DNA of 40,702 nucleotides from a virus (Duplodnaviria; Heunggongvirae; Uroviricota; Caudoviricetes): IMG/VR virus record IMGVR_UViG_2923350032_000005, positions 1 to 40,702 of that record; one strand, 5' to 3'. Shown piece by piece: positions 20,175 to 29,045 of this stretch (position 1 is its first letter; each line of letters starts with the position of its first letter). The notes under the pieces were generated by a model. It saw only the letters and a program-made list of their open reading frames with translations, ran no database searches and was not told where the DNA came from. The position numbers and the translations under genes were made by a program.

Positions 20175-21908
20175 TTAAAGCGAGCGGATCCCATAGGACT
20201 CAATGTGGTCAGACAGCGTGTCTTCTTTCTCATACAGCATGGCTCTGCCAACCGCCATAATCAGCGCAACTGCACCGTCAATTTTGTTTTCCGCCTGCTC
20301 TTTGACGGGTTTCACCACATCATCGTTACCCGGAATGGTTTTGCCGACCACATTGCCGATACACCAGGTCATGATGGGATTGCCATCATGATGAAAGCGC
20401 CCCGATTCAATTGCCGCTTCCAGCTCTTTCATCGGGTCGGACATGTTGGTGTAGTTCTGAATGATAGTGACGGGATTCAGGTCTTCATCAGCAAGGTCAT
20501 GTGACAACCCGGTCGCCCCGAAGGGGTCGATGGGTGACTCACTGACCGGGCTGATTTTGTTCGCCGCTTTGGCCTCCTCGAGGATGTAGCGATAATCCAC
20601 CTCCGCACCATCGGTAACGGTCAGAACGCCCATTTCCACCCATTTCTGAAAGCGTTCGGCTGTCCGGCGATCTTCATTTTTCTCGACGCTGTACACCGTG
20701 TCATACGGTACCCAGAAGCGCGGAGCCACACTGTAGTAATGCGTTTTACCGTCAATCTCGCGGGTATAAAGTCGCGCCATGCTGTTCATATCCAGCTTAC
20801 GCGCCAGGTCAAAGGCCAGAATGCACGGTTGCCCCTCGAACTGCTCAAGGGTCAGTGATTTATCCTCGCAGCTCTGCCAGCTCACCAGGTTGAAATACGC
20901 CGAACGCGCCGACACCCAGATATTGAGGTGTTTTGTTTTAAAGACGTTTGCCAGACGGGCGTTATTTTTCGCACGCTGCTGCTGACTTAACAAAAATTCG
21001 CGATAAACCGACACGCCAATATTCGGGTTAGCTTTTTCCAGCACCTGCGGGTCGGTCCAGTCATCGCCTTCGTCAACGGTATAGATGATCCCGAACAGTT
21101 CATCGTTGGGTACCGAACCGTTGAGCATCTCGATAACTTCCCGCCGCTTGTCGTAGCACGGCCCCTCAATGTTGTACCCGGCGGTGGTGATGGCCCACAT
21201 CAGTGGCTGACGTCGCGCGCCCATCCCGGTAAGCATCGTGGTATAAAGCGCATCGGTGGCGTGCTCGTGATATTCATCCACCACGGCACAGTGGGGTGAT
21301 GAACCATCACCGGGGTTACCGATCAGCGGTTCAAACCGCGCGCCATCCTCCGGACGGTTCATGTTTGAGGCGTTAACCTCAATCCCGAACGCTTCCGTCA
21401 GCATGGGTGTGCGTTTACACATCAGTCGCGCCGGGCGAAAGACTTCCCACGCCTGTTTCTCTGTCGTGGCACCGGAATACACTTCCGCGCCAAACTCGTT
21501 ATCACAGGCAAAACAATACAGGGCAACACCGGCAGAGATTGCCGATTTGCCGTTCTTACGGGGGATTTCGGTATACACCTCCCTGAAGCGGCGCAGCCGG
21601 GAGCCTTTATTGACCCAGCCAAACGCACAGCAGATCACAAAGAGCTGCCACGGTTCCAGCGTGATGGGCATCCTCTTGAATGCCCACTCCCCCTTGGTGT
21701 GTGGCAACAGCTGAATAAATTTCGCGGCCCGTTCAGCCAGGTCCTTGTCGAAGCGGTAACGAAACGACTTACTTTTTTCCGCCATCAGGTCATCAAGATG
21801 GCGCTGGCAGGCCTGAATCACAAACTGGCAGGCCACAATCTTTCCGCGCACGACATCACGGGCATACTGATTGGCAGCATTTACGTTGGGGTAAGATTTC
21901 CGGCTCAT
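20175..21908 (-). CDS. Terminase large subunit
   Basis: 577 aa; Walker-A-like N-terminal region (…[14 protein letters not shown]…) and C-terminal nuclease part; overlaps the small-subunit stop by 4 bp. Confidence 0.9.
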
Positions 21909-22408
21909 GATTCGATGATTTTCAGAAACTGGTTAGTGGCTTTCTTCTGCCCCGCCAGGCCAATCAGACGCTGGCGGCTGCTGGGGTCGAGTCCGAGCAT
22001 TGCCCCCGTGCTGCTCATCTCGGACTCCTGTTCTTTCTTGGCGGTCAGCTCCGGATTTTTGACCATGCCACCCATTGCACCGGTGATGGTGTTGCCCTGT
22101 CTGGCAATATTTTTCACGGCACGCCGCCAGAACTCGTAGGCCACGCACCACCGCTCAAGCACCGCGAGGTCAGTCACGCACAGCAGGCCCTGACCGCAGA
22201 GTTCTTTGGTTGTCAGTTGCCACATGATCGTGGCGAGAGGGAGATCTTCTTCAGCGAACCACTCCGGTGGCTCAACACCTTTGATGGGCGTAAAAACAGG
22301 TTCATCTTTATTCAGGGCTCGCTTGCCGGGGTTTCCGGCCAGCGCCTTGCGCGCCGTTGGCTTGGGGCGACGCCCGGAACGCCCCGCCGTTCCAGCCATA
22401 TGTGGCAC
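21905..22408 (-). CDS. Terminase small subunit, P27 family
   Basis: 167 aa, [37 protein letters not shown]... typical of P27-family TerS N-termini. Confidence 0.8.
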   Translation of the reverse strand: MPHMAGTAGRSGRRPKPTARKALAGNPGKRALNKDEPVFTPIKGVEPPEWFAEEDLPLATIMWQLTTKELCGQGLLCVTDLAVLERWCVAYEFWRRAVKNIARQGNTITGAMGGMVKNPELTAKKEQESEMSSTGAMLGLDPSSRQRLIGLAGQKKATNQFLKIIES

Positions 22409-22438
22409 TCCTGGTTAAATTTCATTTTTCGCGGGTAT

Positions 22439-22498
22439 AAAAAAACGATGGGGCGGGCAGTCCGGAAGACGTCAGGTCACAGGGATTTGACCCGCCCC
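22439..22498 (-). terminator. GC-rich hairpin plus U-tract between HNH and small terminase genes: intrinsic terminator candidate and/or cos-region element
   Basis: 8-bp stem GGGGCGGG (22450-22457) / CCCGCCCC (22491-22498) with a 33-nt loop; on the minus strand it is followed by a run of seven T (22439-22448 region). Confidence 0.4.
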
Positions 22499-22524
22499 TC
22501 CCCTCAGACAGTTGAGAATTATTA

Positions 22525-22875
22525 TCACTTTAACCGTTCACGGGCCGTCTTCGCCTTATGACACGGCCAGCACAGACTCTGCAGATTACTGTCAGCATCA
22601 GTGCCGCCATGCGCTTTAGGGATGATGTGGTCAACAGTTTTCGCCTCACGCACCACACCAGAACGCAGACATAACTGACACAGGCCTTTGTCACGCTTCA
22701 GGACACGCGCGCGGATACTGTCCCACTTCGAACCGTAGCCGCGCTGATGACGGGATTGTCCAGGTTTGTATTGCTTCCAGCCTTCGCTTTTGTGGCTTTC
22801 GCAATAGCCTGACGGGTCAGTGGTGGTATGGCGGCAGCCGCGAACACGGCAGGCTTTTGGGGTTCGTTGCGGAAT
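22525..22875 (-). CDS. HNH endonuclease (packaging-associated), with no canonical start codon in frame
   Basis: My own translation: IPQRTPKACRVRGCRHTTTDPSGYCESHKSEGWKQYKPGQSRHQRGYGSKWDSIRARVLKRDKGLCQLCLRSGVVREAKTVDHIIPKAHGGTDADSNLQSLCWPCHKAKTARERLK. It has Cys4 and DHIIP...N...CH HNH motifs. The frame opens after a TAA; AGGAGG at 22882-22887 precedes an ATT at 22875. Absent from the ORF track. Confidence 0.7.
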   Translation of the reverse strand: MPQRTPKACRVRGCRHTTTDPSGYCESHKSEGWKQYKPGQSRHQRGYGSKWDSIRARVLKRDKGLCQLCLRSGVVREAKTVDHIIPKAHGGTDADSNLQSLCWPCHKAKTARERLK

Positions 22876-23037
22876 GTTATTCCTCCTGTGTAATTACTGA
22901 TTCCATTAATGTAATGTAATATATTGTATTGTAAGAAAAAATTGTTTTTTTACAGTGATATATTTTTATAGAAGACTATTCGCTCAAGGTGCATTAAGAT
23001 TAATCTCACCCCCACGAAGAATGTTAAGGATAAGAAG

Positions 23038-23376
23038 ATGATAAAAATGATTAACTGTACTGCTTCCAATTGTGGCGTTGGATACGTTTTTGGCAAAGGC
23101 GTTGATGCTGAGCTAATCAATAGTCACGCAAGAGCATGTAAAATCGGTTTTGTGCAAGCAGGGAATGAAAAAGAATGGTCAATACTGTTGGAAAAGTTGC
23201 TAACCAAAAAAGCTGATTTTGAGTCTTTACTGACTGTATGTGAAACTGTTAATTCAGAAGATAAAAAAAACGTCATATCCAAGTCCAATTTATTTGAATA
23301 TTTATCTCATTTTGCAAATGCTACAACTGTTTATACCTTTCTCGAGGGGTTAGTGAACTCTCTTTTAGCCAAATAA
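23038..23376 (+). CDS. Hypothetical protein, AT-rich opposite-strand moron between lysis cassette and HNH/terminase
   Basis: 112 aa; ATG preceded by an AGGA-type RBS; flanking 22880-23430 is markedly AT-rich; convergent with Rz/Rz1. No family recognised. Confidence 0.5.
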   Translation: MIKMINCTASNCGVGYVFGKGVDAELINSHARACKIGFVQAGNEKEWSILLEKLLTKKADFESLLTVCETVNSEDKKNVISKSNLFEYLSHFANATTVYTFLEGLVNSLLAK

Positions 23377-23432
23377 TCACCATTTAGAATACAACTGGGT
23401 TTAAAAATAATTATAATTAAAAAGCTATACAC

Positions 23433-23711
23433 CTACTTAAAAGAGTCATTATATTTGTGTATAGCTCGTTTTTCTTCATGCCTTCTAATATGAGACTTAT
23501 CTAAATTACAACTCCCTAACGCGGACAATAGTTTTACATTCAAATCCAAACTTTCACCATACGTCAGCGGATTGGGTATAAAAGGTACTGGAGTATCAGA
23601 AGTCAGGCTGGTTGGCAGTAGTACCGCCGGTGTATTCACGTAAACTGTCCGCGTACTTCCGCAACCGGTCAGCAGCGGTAGCAGGCACAGGACGTGAAGC
23701 GCAATCATCAT
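23433..23711 (-). CDS. Rz1-like o-spanin (lipoprotein) in the +1 frame overlapping Rz
   Basis: MMIALHVLCLLPLLTGCGS... is a lipobox signal followed by a Pro-rich region. It starts inside Rz and extends past the Rz stop. Start codon chosen by inspection. Confidence 0.5.
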   Translation of the reverse strand: MMIALHVLCLLPLLTGCGSTRTVYVNTPAVLLPTSLTSDTPVPFIPNPLTYGESLDLNVKLLSALGSCNLDKSHIRRHEEKRAIHKYNDSFK

Positions 23712-23988
23712 TCGCAATAGCCACTTTGATATCTTCCTGGGTTCTCTGTGACTCCAGTGCGATCTGCTGTTTTGCATGTTGATTCGCCTCCTGAATGATG
23801 TTCGTTATTGCCATAGTACGCAGAACATTCTCGGTGATAGCCTCAGTAGAATCAGCTCGCTGTTCCGCAGCGTCAGCACGCTTCTGCTCCTCCAGAAACT
23901 TTCCATAATAGTGATTCGCTGACCAGACAAGACCACCAGCAACACAAGCAATAAACGTTAAAATGAGCGCCAAATAACTTATCTTCAT
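23596..23988 (-). CDS. Rz-like i-spanin
   Basis: 130 aa; N-terminal TM segment then a charged coiled-coil (…EEQKRADAAEQRADSTEAITENV…); directly downstream of the endolysin. Confidence 0.7.
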   Translation of the reverse strand: MKISYLALILTFIACVAGGLVWSANHYYGKFLEEQKRADAAEQRADSTEAITENVLRTMAITNIIQEANQHAKQQIALESQRTQEDIKVAIANDDCASRPVPATAADRLRKYADSLREYTGGTTANQPDF

Positions 23989-24599
23989 ACCAGCAGCACC
24001 GCCCGCGCCCTGTTGTATCGGACCTTACGATCCTCAATACCGTTCAGACCGCCGTTAATAATGCGCGTAACACGGTTAATATCGGCACCGTAGATCATGC
24101 AGCCTTTAGAGGTGTAGAACCATGCAGCTGAGCGCGCCGCCTGTAGTTCCTGTTCCAGTTGTTCAGGTGAAGTCACCAGATCTAACTTCAGCGCCGCGCC
24201 ACAGATGCGATAATTATGGAGGCCTGTGATTTGAATTAATCCTCTACCACGATATTTCCAGCCATCACCTGGTGCTTTGTTACCCAGTCGGTTGCTATAC
24301 ACCAGATTGGCAATAGCATCCTGACGAGCTGCATGTCCGGATGTTCTGCCAAGGGCATCAGCCTGCTGCTGTGTGATCCTCTTTCCGAACGTCGCCACCA
24401 GCGCAGATGGTGTGTAGTTAAAATTTTCAACTACGGCGCTAAACCCCATCGACTCATGGCCTATCTGAGCGATAAACATTGCCTGATCCGCTGGTGCTGT
24501 AATGCCGAATTCCTTCATCGCCGCATCAATATGCGGAAACCAGCGCGCAGCCAGTTCGGCGCTAATACCAGCCGCCTTTTGAAATAATTGTTGGTTCAT
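23985..24599 (-). CDS. Endolysin, glycoside hydrolase family 19 (chitinase-like lysozyme)
   Basis: 204 aa; MFIAQIGHESMGF...YRGRGLIQITG matches GH19 phage endolysins as I recall them. Confidence 0.85.
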   Translation of the reverse strand: MNQQLFQKAAGISAELAARWFPHIDAAMKEFGITAPADQAMFIAQIGHESMGFSAVVENFNYTPSALVATFGKRITQQQADALGRTSGHAARQDAIANLVYSNRLGNKAPGDGWKYRGRGLIQITGLHNYRICGAALKLDLVTSPEQLEQELQAARSAAWFYTSKGCMIYGADINRVTRIINGGLNGIEDRKVRYNRARAVLLV

Positions 24600-24880
24600 T
24601 AGTGCCTCAGATGATCAACCAGACGTGCAACGTTGCCTCTGACGGCCACCAGCACGGAAAGAAAAATAGTGTTCGCCACGATAATGGGCCATGAGGAATG
24701 GGGATAAATCCCACAGAGATAGGCCAACGGAACAGCACTGTATGTAACAGTAATCAGCCAGGCTAAACGTGAAACCCAAGGACGATGCCGCGAATCACCA
24801 CGACGATAAAACATCAGAGTAATAACAACACAAGCACATAACAGCGCATTTATAGTTGCTGTCGGGTCATTTAGCTCCAC
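24599..24880 (-). CDS. Holin-like / lysis membrane protein (second member of holin pair)
   Basis: 93 aa with hydrophobic segments; overlaps the endolysin start. Confidence 0.55.
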   Translation of the reverse strand: MELNDPTATINALLCACVVITLMFYRRGDSRHRPWVSRLAWLITVTYSAVPLAYLCGIYPHSSWPIIVANTIFLSVLVAVRGNVARLVDHLRH

Positions 24881-25253
24881 CTGAACCTCCCCGGCGCGTT
24901 ATGAGCGCCACCAGCGAGCCGATATCCTGATTATTCAGGAACGTCAGGATTTTAACGGCTAAAGCAGAGACGATTACGGCACCAATAGCATCCAGAGGTT
25001 TATCACTGTATCCGGTCAAGTTCGCCAGCTTGGAGCCAACCAACCCAGAGCAAAGAATCCCGGCAATATATGACACGATAAAATATGCCAGTCGGCGCGA
25101 TGCACTCAGATCTGCTGCTGTTGCTATGTAGAATACAGCCCCTGCAAATGCGCCAAATACAACGCCGTAATCAGTTCCGGTCAGCAGTCCATAAACACTG
25201 GCACCCGTCAGGGCACCACCAGCCAGCCCAGTACCGGAAATCGGATCGGACAT
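24867..25253 (-). CDS. Holin
   Basis: 128 aa, Gly/Ala-rich with multiple TM segments (…VVFGAFAGAVFYIATAADL…); first gene of the lysis cassette; RBS AGAGGGGG upstream. Confidence 0.6.
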   Translation of the reverse strand: MSDPISGTGLAGGALTGASVYGLLTGTDYGVVFGAFAGAVFYIATAADLSASRRLAYFIVSYIAGILCSGLVGSKLANLTGYSDKPLDAIGAVIVSALAVKILTFLNNQDIGSLVALITRRGGSGGAK

Positions 25254-25332
25254 TTAGCCCCCTCTTAATTGCTGTTGGTCCTCTCAGATATGAGGGGAAG
25301 GGATCTTAATGACAGTCTGTTTATTATTTCAG

Positions 25333-25590
25333 TCAAACACTACCCTGTTGATGATTTCTCAGAAGCGAACTTGACTCCCAGGGGAAACTCAACTTTCCGT
25401 TAAAACCACCAGCAGACATTCGTTCAATTTCCACAGAAATATCACTGAGCCGTTCTTCAAGCTCTGCTTTTTCTTTTACCAGACGGTTATAGCGGCTTAG
25501 ATGAAGCTTTTGCTGCTCCAGCCAGTCTTCAAGCTGTTCAACAGTCATACCAGGGTTAAAAAAATATGGCTGCTGCTTTTCGCCCTGCAT
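25333..25590 (-). CDS. Hypothetical protein: first gene after the putative tR' terminator (Q-to-lysis moron slot)
   Basis: ORF track gives 25333..25659, but that start has no RBS and precedes the terminator. The ATG at 25590 (MQGEKQQPYFFNPGMTVEQLEDWLEQQ...) has GGAGG six nt upstream. Predicted coiled-coil; no family recognised. Confidence 0.45.
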   Translation of the reverse strand: MQGEKQQPYFFNPGMTVEQLEDWLEQQKLHLSRYNRLVKEKAELEERLSDISVEIERMSAGGFNGKLSFPWESSSLLRNHQQGSV

Positions 25591-25603
25591 TATTGACCTC
25601 CAG

Positions 25604-25630
25604 AAAAGCAAAAACCCCGCCGAAGCGAGG
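25604..25630 (-). terminator. Intrinsic terminator (tR'-like) downstream of the putative late promoter
   Basis: On the minus strand: CCUCGC-UUCG-GCGGGG followed by UUUUUGCUUUU (UUCG tetraloop, one G-U pair); seen directly in the sequence. Confidence 0.6.
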
Positions 25631-25680
25631 TTTGTTATGATTTCGTTAACGGCAGACATATAAAGCCCATCGTTAGGAGA

Positions 25681-25709
25681 ATCCTAACCAGATTTTTTGA
25701 AAAATGCAA
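25681..25709 (-). promoter_or_regulatory. Putative Q-dependent late promoter (pR'-like) just downstream of Q
   Basis: Minus strand TTGCAT (-35, 25709-25704), 17-nt spacer, TAGGAT (-10, 25686-25681); a small hairpin GTTAGGA-TTC-TCCTAAC overlaps the start region. Pattern match only. Confidence 0.4.
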
Positions 25710-25740
25710 GTATCATGTCGCCATCTTCGTCGAAAATCAT

Positions 25741-26493
25741 TTATCTTGTCACCTTTCTCAATTGTGTCTCTGCATATGCTTCTTCCTGCCAGCACTTTGT
25801 AACCAGTTTATCAATGACATCTGCATATCCTTTGTACCACTGATAATCCGTCAGGTCTGGTACCAGCTTCTGGACATGATGCCGCGCCAGTGTGGTTGGT
25901 AAACGGCTAAACCGGTTTCCATTGCAACGCCCACAAATCTTATAAACAGGCGTGCCATGAAGCCGGGTTCTTTTTTCATCCAGGACAATACCTTTACCCT
26001 TACACCCTCTGCACGCTGTGCTGACTTCTCCCTTACCATGACAATGCTGACATAGTTCCTTCACCCACTCTTCTTTGATAACAGACTCCCCGCTTCTGGA
26101 GTGTTTCACCACTTCGCGCAATACATTATGAAATCCAGTACCAGCACAACGCTCACAGCGAGCCTTACTTGCCGCAGACCTGGAATAATCAGCAAAGGCA
26201 AAATTCACAAGGTAAGGAATGATCTGTAGCCGGGTTTCTTCACTCAATTTGTTCAATGTCGGGTTATCCAGTGCCATCGCGTAATTGAGCAGACCTTCAA
26301 TCGCAAACTGAGGATCCTGAACACCAACTTTTGCCAGGAATAAGGCAAACCCAAGCGGTGCTTTCGACTGCACCATCCCCTGCGCAGCCATCACATCTGT
26401 AATTGTTAAACCACCCGAGCCTGTCGCCGGTGCGTCATCACTCAATTTTGGAGATTTTGGGGAGTAATATTTTGGTAAAGCTTCAAGGTTCAT
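25741..26493 (-). CDS. Late-gene antitermination protein Q (zinc-finger type, phage 82/21-like)
   Basis: 250 aa with CxxC...CxxC clusters (…CERCAGTG…CQHCHGKGE…CRGCKGKG…CGRCNGN…); located directly upstream of the lysis cassette. Confidence 0.8.
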   Translation of the reverse strand: MNLEALPKYYSPKSPKLSDDAPATGSGGLTITDVMAAQGMVQSKAPLGFALFLAKVGVQDPQFAIEGLLNYAMALDNPTLNKLSEETRLQIIPYLVNFAFADYSRSAASKARCERCAGTGFHNVLREVVKHSRSGESVIKEEWVKELCQHCHGKGEVSTACRGCKGKGIVLDEKRTRLHGTPVYKICGRCNGNRFSRLPTTLARHHVQKLVPDLTDYQWYKGYADVIDKLVTKCWQEEAYAETQLRKVTR

Positions 26494-26506
26494 GCTCGTT
26501 CTCCAC

Positions 26507-27502
26507 TTACGCCAGTACTCCTATTGCCAGCGCACGATCGATAAAACGAAATATCAGCTCCAGCTGGGAGCCATACTTCTCTTCAAATGCCACGGTATCC
26601 GCATGCAGCTCGTCGTGATGCTTTCTGCACAAAGGCAACACAAAGAGGTCATGCGCTTTTGTACCCATTCCCCTCTGACCGTGACCTATCAGGTGGTGGG
26701 GATCATCAGCGGGCTTTCCACAACATGCACACGGCTGTGTCTTAACCCAGCGCGTGTACTTTTCATTAACCCAGCGGCGACGTTTTGGGCGTAACATAAA
26801 AGACTCCGGCGACTCCGGATCCACTTTCAGCGCCAGCACCTTTTTCGCTTTATTCTGGATGATGCTGGTGGCCGGAACCGAAGGAACAAGGTCACTCTCC
26901 CGGGTGACAGACGGCACAACAGGCTTCGGTAATCTCAGTGCCTTACGGGCTGCACTTTCAGGTAAGGCATCCGCCAGATCATTACGAACCAGCCACCAGC
27001 ACAGTTCCGGCATTGTCACAACGTGACTATCATCAAAACCGAGATCCCGACGCACGACAGACAACACCCAGCGGGCACAGTTATCCGTTGCCATTGATTC
27101 CAGCCGTTCCGTGAACTGATCGCGCAGCTGGTTATCGCAGTGCCAGCACAGACAGATTGCGCCCGGCGCGTGACGCATTGTGGTCATGTTCTCGCTGTGC
27201 CAGTCGGAATGAGGCCACTGGCAGCCTTTTTCACGAAGTAACCAGCTTTCAAGACATTCCACGCCACCAGCACGACGGATCACTGCCTCATTGCGGAACA
27301 CGGCCCGAACGGCAGGATCATCCGCCAGCGGTTGTGATGCCGCCGGAACAGCACCACTGGCGAAAGATGAATAACGCTCCGGCTCAGGCTCCAGCAGAAC
27401 ACGCCCCTGCATAAACAGGGGCATCAGCTCTGAACCTGGCCTGAACAATACGATCCCCATACGCGGGGCAATTTCAGGGGTCAGTAGTGCTCTCACGGTC
27501 AC
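26507..27502 (-). CDS. DUF968-family protein (YdfU-like) with C-terminal HNH-like Cys/His cluster
   Basis: 331 aa; C-terminus ...CACCGKPADDPHHLIGHGQRGMGTKAHDLFVLPLCRKHHDELH; common NinR-region gene in E. coli lambdoid prophages. Confidence 0.7.
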   Translation of the reverse strand: MTVRALLTPEIAPRMGIVLFRPGSELMPLFMQGRVLLEPEPERYSSFASGAVPAASQPLADDPAVRAVFRNEAVIRRAGGVECLESWLLREKGCQWPHSDWHSENMTTMRHAPGAICLCWHCDNQLRDQFTERLESMATDNCARWVLSVVRRDLGFDDSHVVTMPELCWWLVRNDLADALPESAARKALRLPKPVVPSVTRESDLVPSVPATSIIQNKAKKVLALKVDPESPESFMLRPKRRRWVNEKYTRWVKTQPCACCGKPADDPHHLIGHGQRGMGTKAHDLFVLPLCRKHHDELHADTVAFEEKYGSQLELIFRFIDRALAIGVLA

Positions 27503-27503
27503 C

Positions 27504-28313
27504 TCAATGAACGGTATCGAGCAGCTTTAACAGCTCAGGGAATCGGGATTCGAAGAAATGCGGCTGCGTCTCGCGCGGATTTGCAGGACTGGTAATGTTC
27601 TTGCCGAACATGCAGCCTTTCGCCGTCAGCGACCAGAATTTTTTGATGTTGTTAATCGCGGTACGGCTGTATCGTTCGCGTTGTTCAACGATCCCCAGCT
27701 TCGCCATCTGGTGATATGCCTGATTAGCTGTCAGGCGGATACCATACTGTTTCAGCAGTGCACTCAGCGACAGCGTAGGGCGACTTGAGCCATCAGGCGC
27801 GTCAGCAGGAGCATCAATGGCATAGCGCGGTGCCAGATTCGGTAAGCCAACAGCCTCCTGGAGTTTCTGACAGGCCCCAAGCACTGAAGAGTTAGACAGG
27901 TTTAACTCCCTGCGCATAAAGTCCAGCAGAATCACTCCAGCCTGCATCTTGTCAGCAGCCTGCCCGGATAATTTTTCCGGTGCGCTGGTTACCATATCGA
28001 AAGTACGGATCACCTTCAGATGGAATGACGGGCTGATCCACATTGCATAGGCATACACCAGTTCTTTGCAGACATACGTCCCCTGGTTATTTCCGCCATT
28101 AATGACGCTAACTGGTTGATTTTGTTCCAGAGGCGGAATTCCACCCTCGGTGAAAAGTTGTTCAATCAATTCACAGGTTTGCTTATTGGAGAGCCAGTAT
28201 TTCGGGCGGTTTTTTTGTTCTCCCCCGGCTGCCCTGTGCAGATCGTTCAGGCTGTAACGCCCATAAGCATCACGACGAACTTCAATACCATCAATGACCA
28301 TCAGATTATTCAT
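27504..28313 (-). CDS. KilA-N domain protein
   Basis: Translation from the internal ATG: MNNLMVIDGIEVRRDAYGRYSLNDLHRAAGGEQKNRPKYWL... is a typical KilA-N N-terminus; the ORF-track start at 28346 is an upstream extension overlapping rusA. Confidence 0.7.
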   Translation of the reverse strand: MNNLMVIDGIEVRRDAYGRYSLNDLHRAAGGEQKNRPKYWLSNKQTCELIEQLFTEGGIPPLEQNQPVSVINGGNNQGTYVCKELVYAYAMWISPSFHLKVIRTFDMVTSAPEKLSGQAADKMQAGVILLDFMRRELNLSNSSVLGACQKLQEAVGLPNLAPRYAIDAPADAPDGSSRPTLSLSALLKQYGIRLTANQAYHQMAKLGIVEQRERYSRTAINNIKKFWSLTAKGCMFGKNITSPANPRETQPHFFESRFPELLKLLDTVH

Positions 28314-28332
28314 ACTTCGTTTCTCCTCTTGA

Positions 28333-28722
28333 TCAGGCGGCTGCACCCGCCGTTTTCTCGTACTTACTGATAGTGATCTCGACCTTCCCTTCCGGGATAA
28401 CCGGTCCCCACTCCACCAGCATTCTTTTCACCTGGCTGTCGTCTTCCCACACACCCGCGTGAGTCAGGGCGTCAAACAGCGCCTTGTTATAGTTGTCCAG
28501 ATCGCGGATCCGGTTATCCGGAGGAAACAACACGATCTCCACTGAAGCAGGTGCTGACGTTGGTTTCGGCAGACGACGTAACTGCTCAACTATTGCTGTG
28601 CACGCCGCACTCTGGAATTTTCGCCCCGCCGCGCTTATCAGGCTCTTACCAGCAAATGCCCCTTTGTTGGGGTGTCGCCAGTAGGTGTTCACGCTGGGTG
28701 GAAAAGGCAGAATCAGCTTCAT
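28333..28722 (-). CDS. rusA: Holliday-junction resolvase RusA
   Basis: 129 aa, MKLILPFPPSVNTYWRH...DLDNYNKALFDALTHAGVWEDDSQV matches the RusA family. Confidence 0.85.
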   Translation of the reverse strand: MKLILPFPPSVNTYWRHPNKGAFAGKSLISAAGRKFQSAACTAIVEQLRRLPKPTSAPASVEIVLFPPDNRIRDLDNYNKALFDALTHAGVWEDDSQVKRMLVEWGPVIPEGKVEITISKYEKTAGAAA

Positions 28723-29045
28723 ACTTTCAGCCCCCTCTCATGTAACCAGTGGGCTGCACGCAGCCTGGCGTTTTCCTCACCAGCAAGCAGTGCGCGGATA
28801 ATCCCGGCCGCCTCGCTGTCGTCGTCCTTCACCGCGGTATGAAGCGTTATCCCCCGGGCCACGCCACGCTTTATCGTGATGACGCCTTTTTTCTCCAGTG
28901 CGCGAAGATGCTCCACCGCTGCATTCACTGAACGGTATCCCAGCATGGTTGCCACCTCCTGATTGGTTGGCGGGAAGCCACGTTCTTGCTGATAAGAAAT
29001 CAGCATATCCAGCACCTGCTGCTGGCATTGAGTTAACGTCGTCAT
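28719..29045 (-). CDS. LexA-N-like winged-helix DNA-binding protein
   Basis: 108 aa; LTQCQQQVLDMLISYQQERGFPPTNQEVATMLGYRSVNAAVEHLRALEKKGVI resembles the LexA N-terminal DNA-binding domain; no peptidase domain. Confidence 0.5.
   Translation of the reverse strand: MTTLTQCQQQVLDMLISYQQERGFPPTNQEVATMLGYRSVNAAVEHLRALEKKGVITIKRGVARGITLHTAVKDDDSEAAGIIRALLAGEENARLRAAHWLHERGLKV

Noticed and set aside
25333-25659. ORF-track version of the first late gene starting at 25659 (108 aa)
   Set aside because: That start has no RBS and lies upstream of the predicted tR' terminator; the downstream ATG at 25590 with GGAGG is the more plausible start.
25590-25740. Shiga toxin or other known toxin genes in the Q-to-lysis slot
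   Set aside because: The slot holds only one 85-aa ORF with no signal peptide and no resemblance to Stx A/B subunits.
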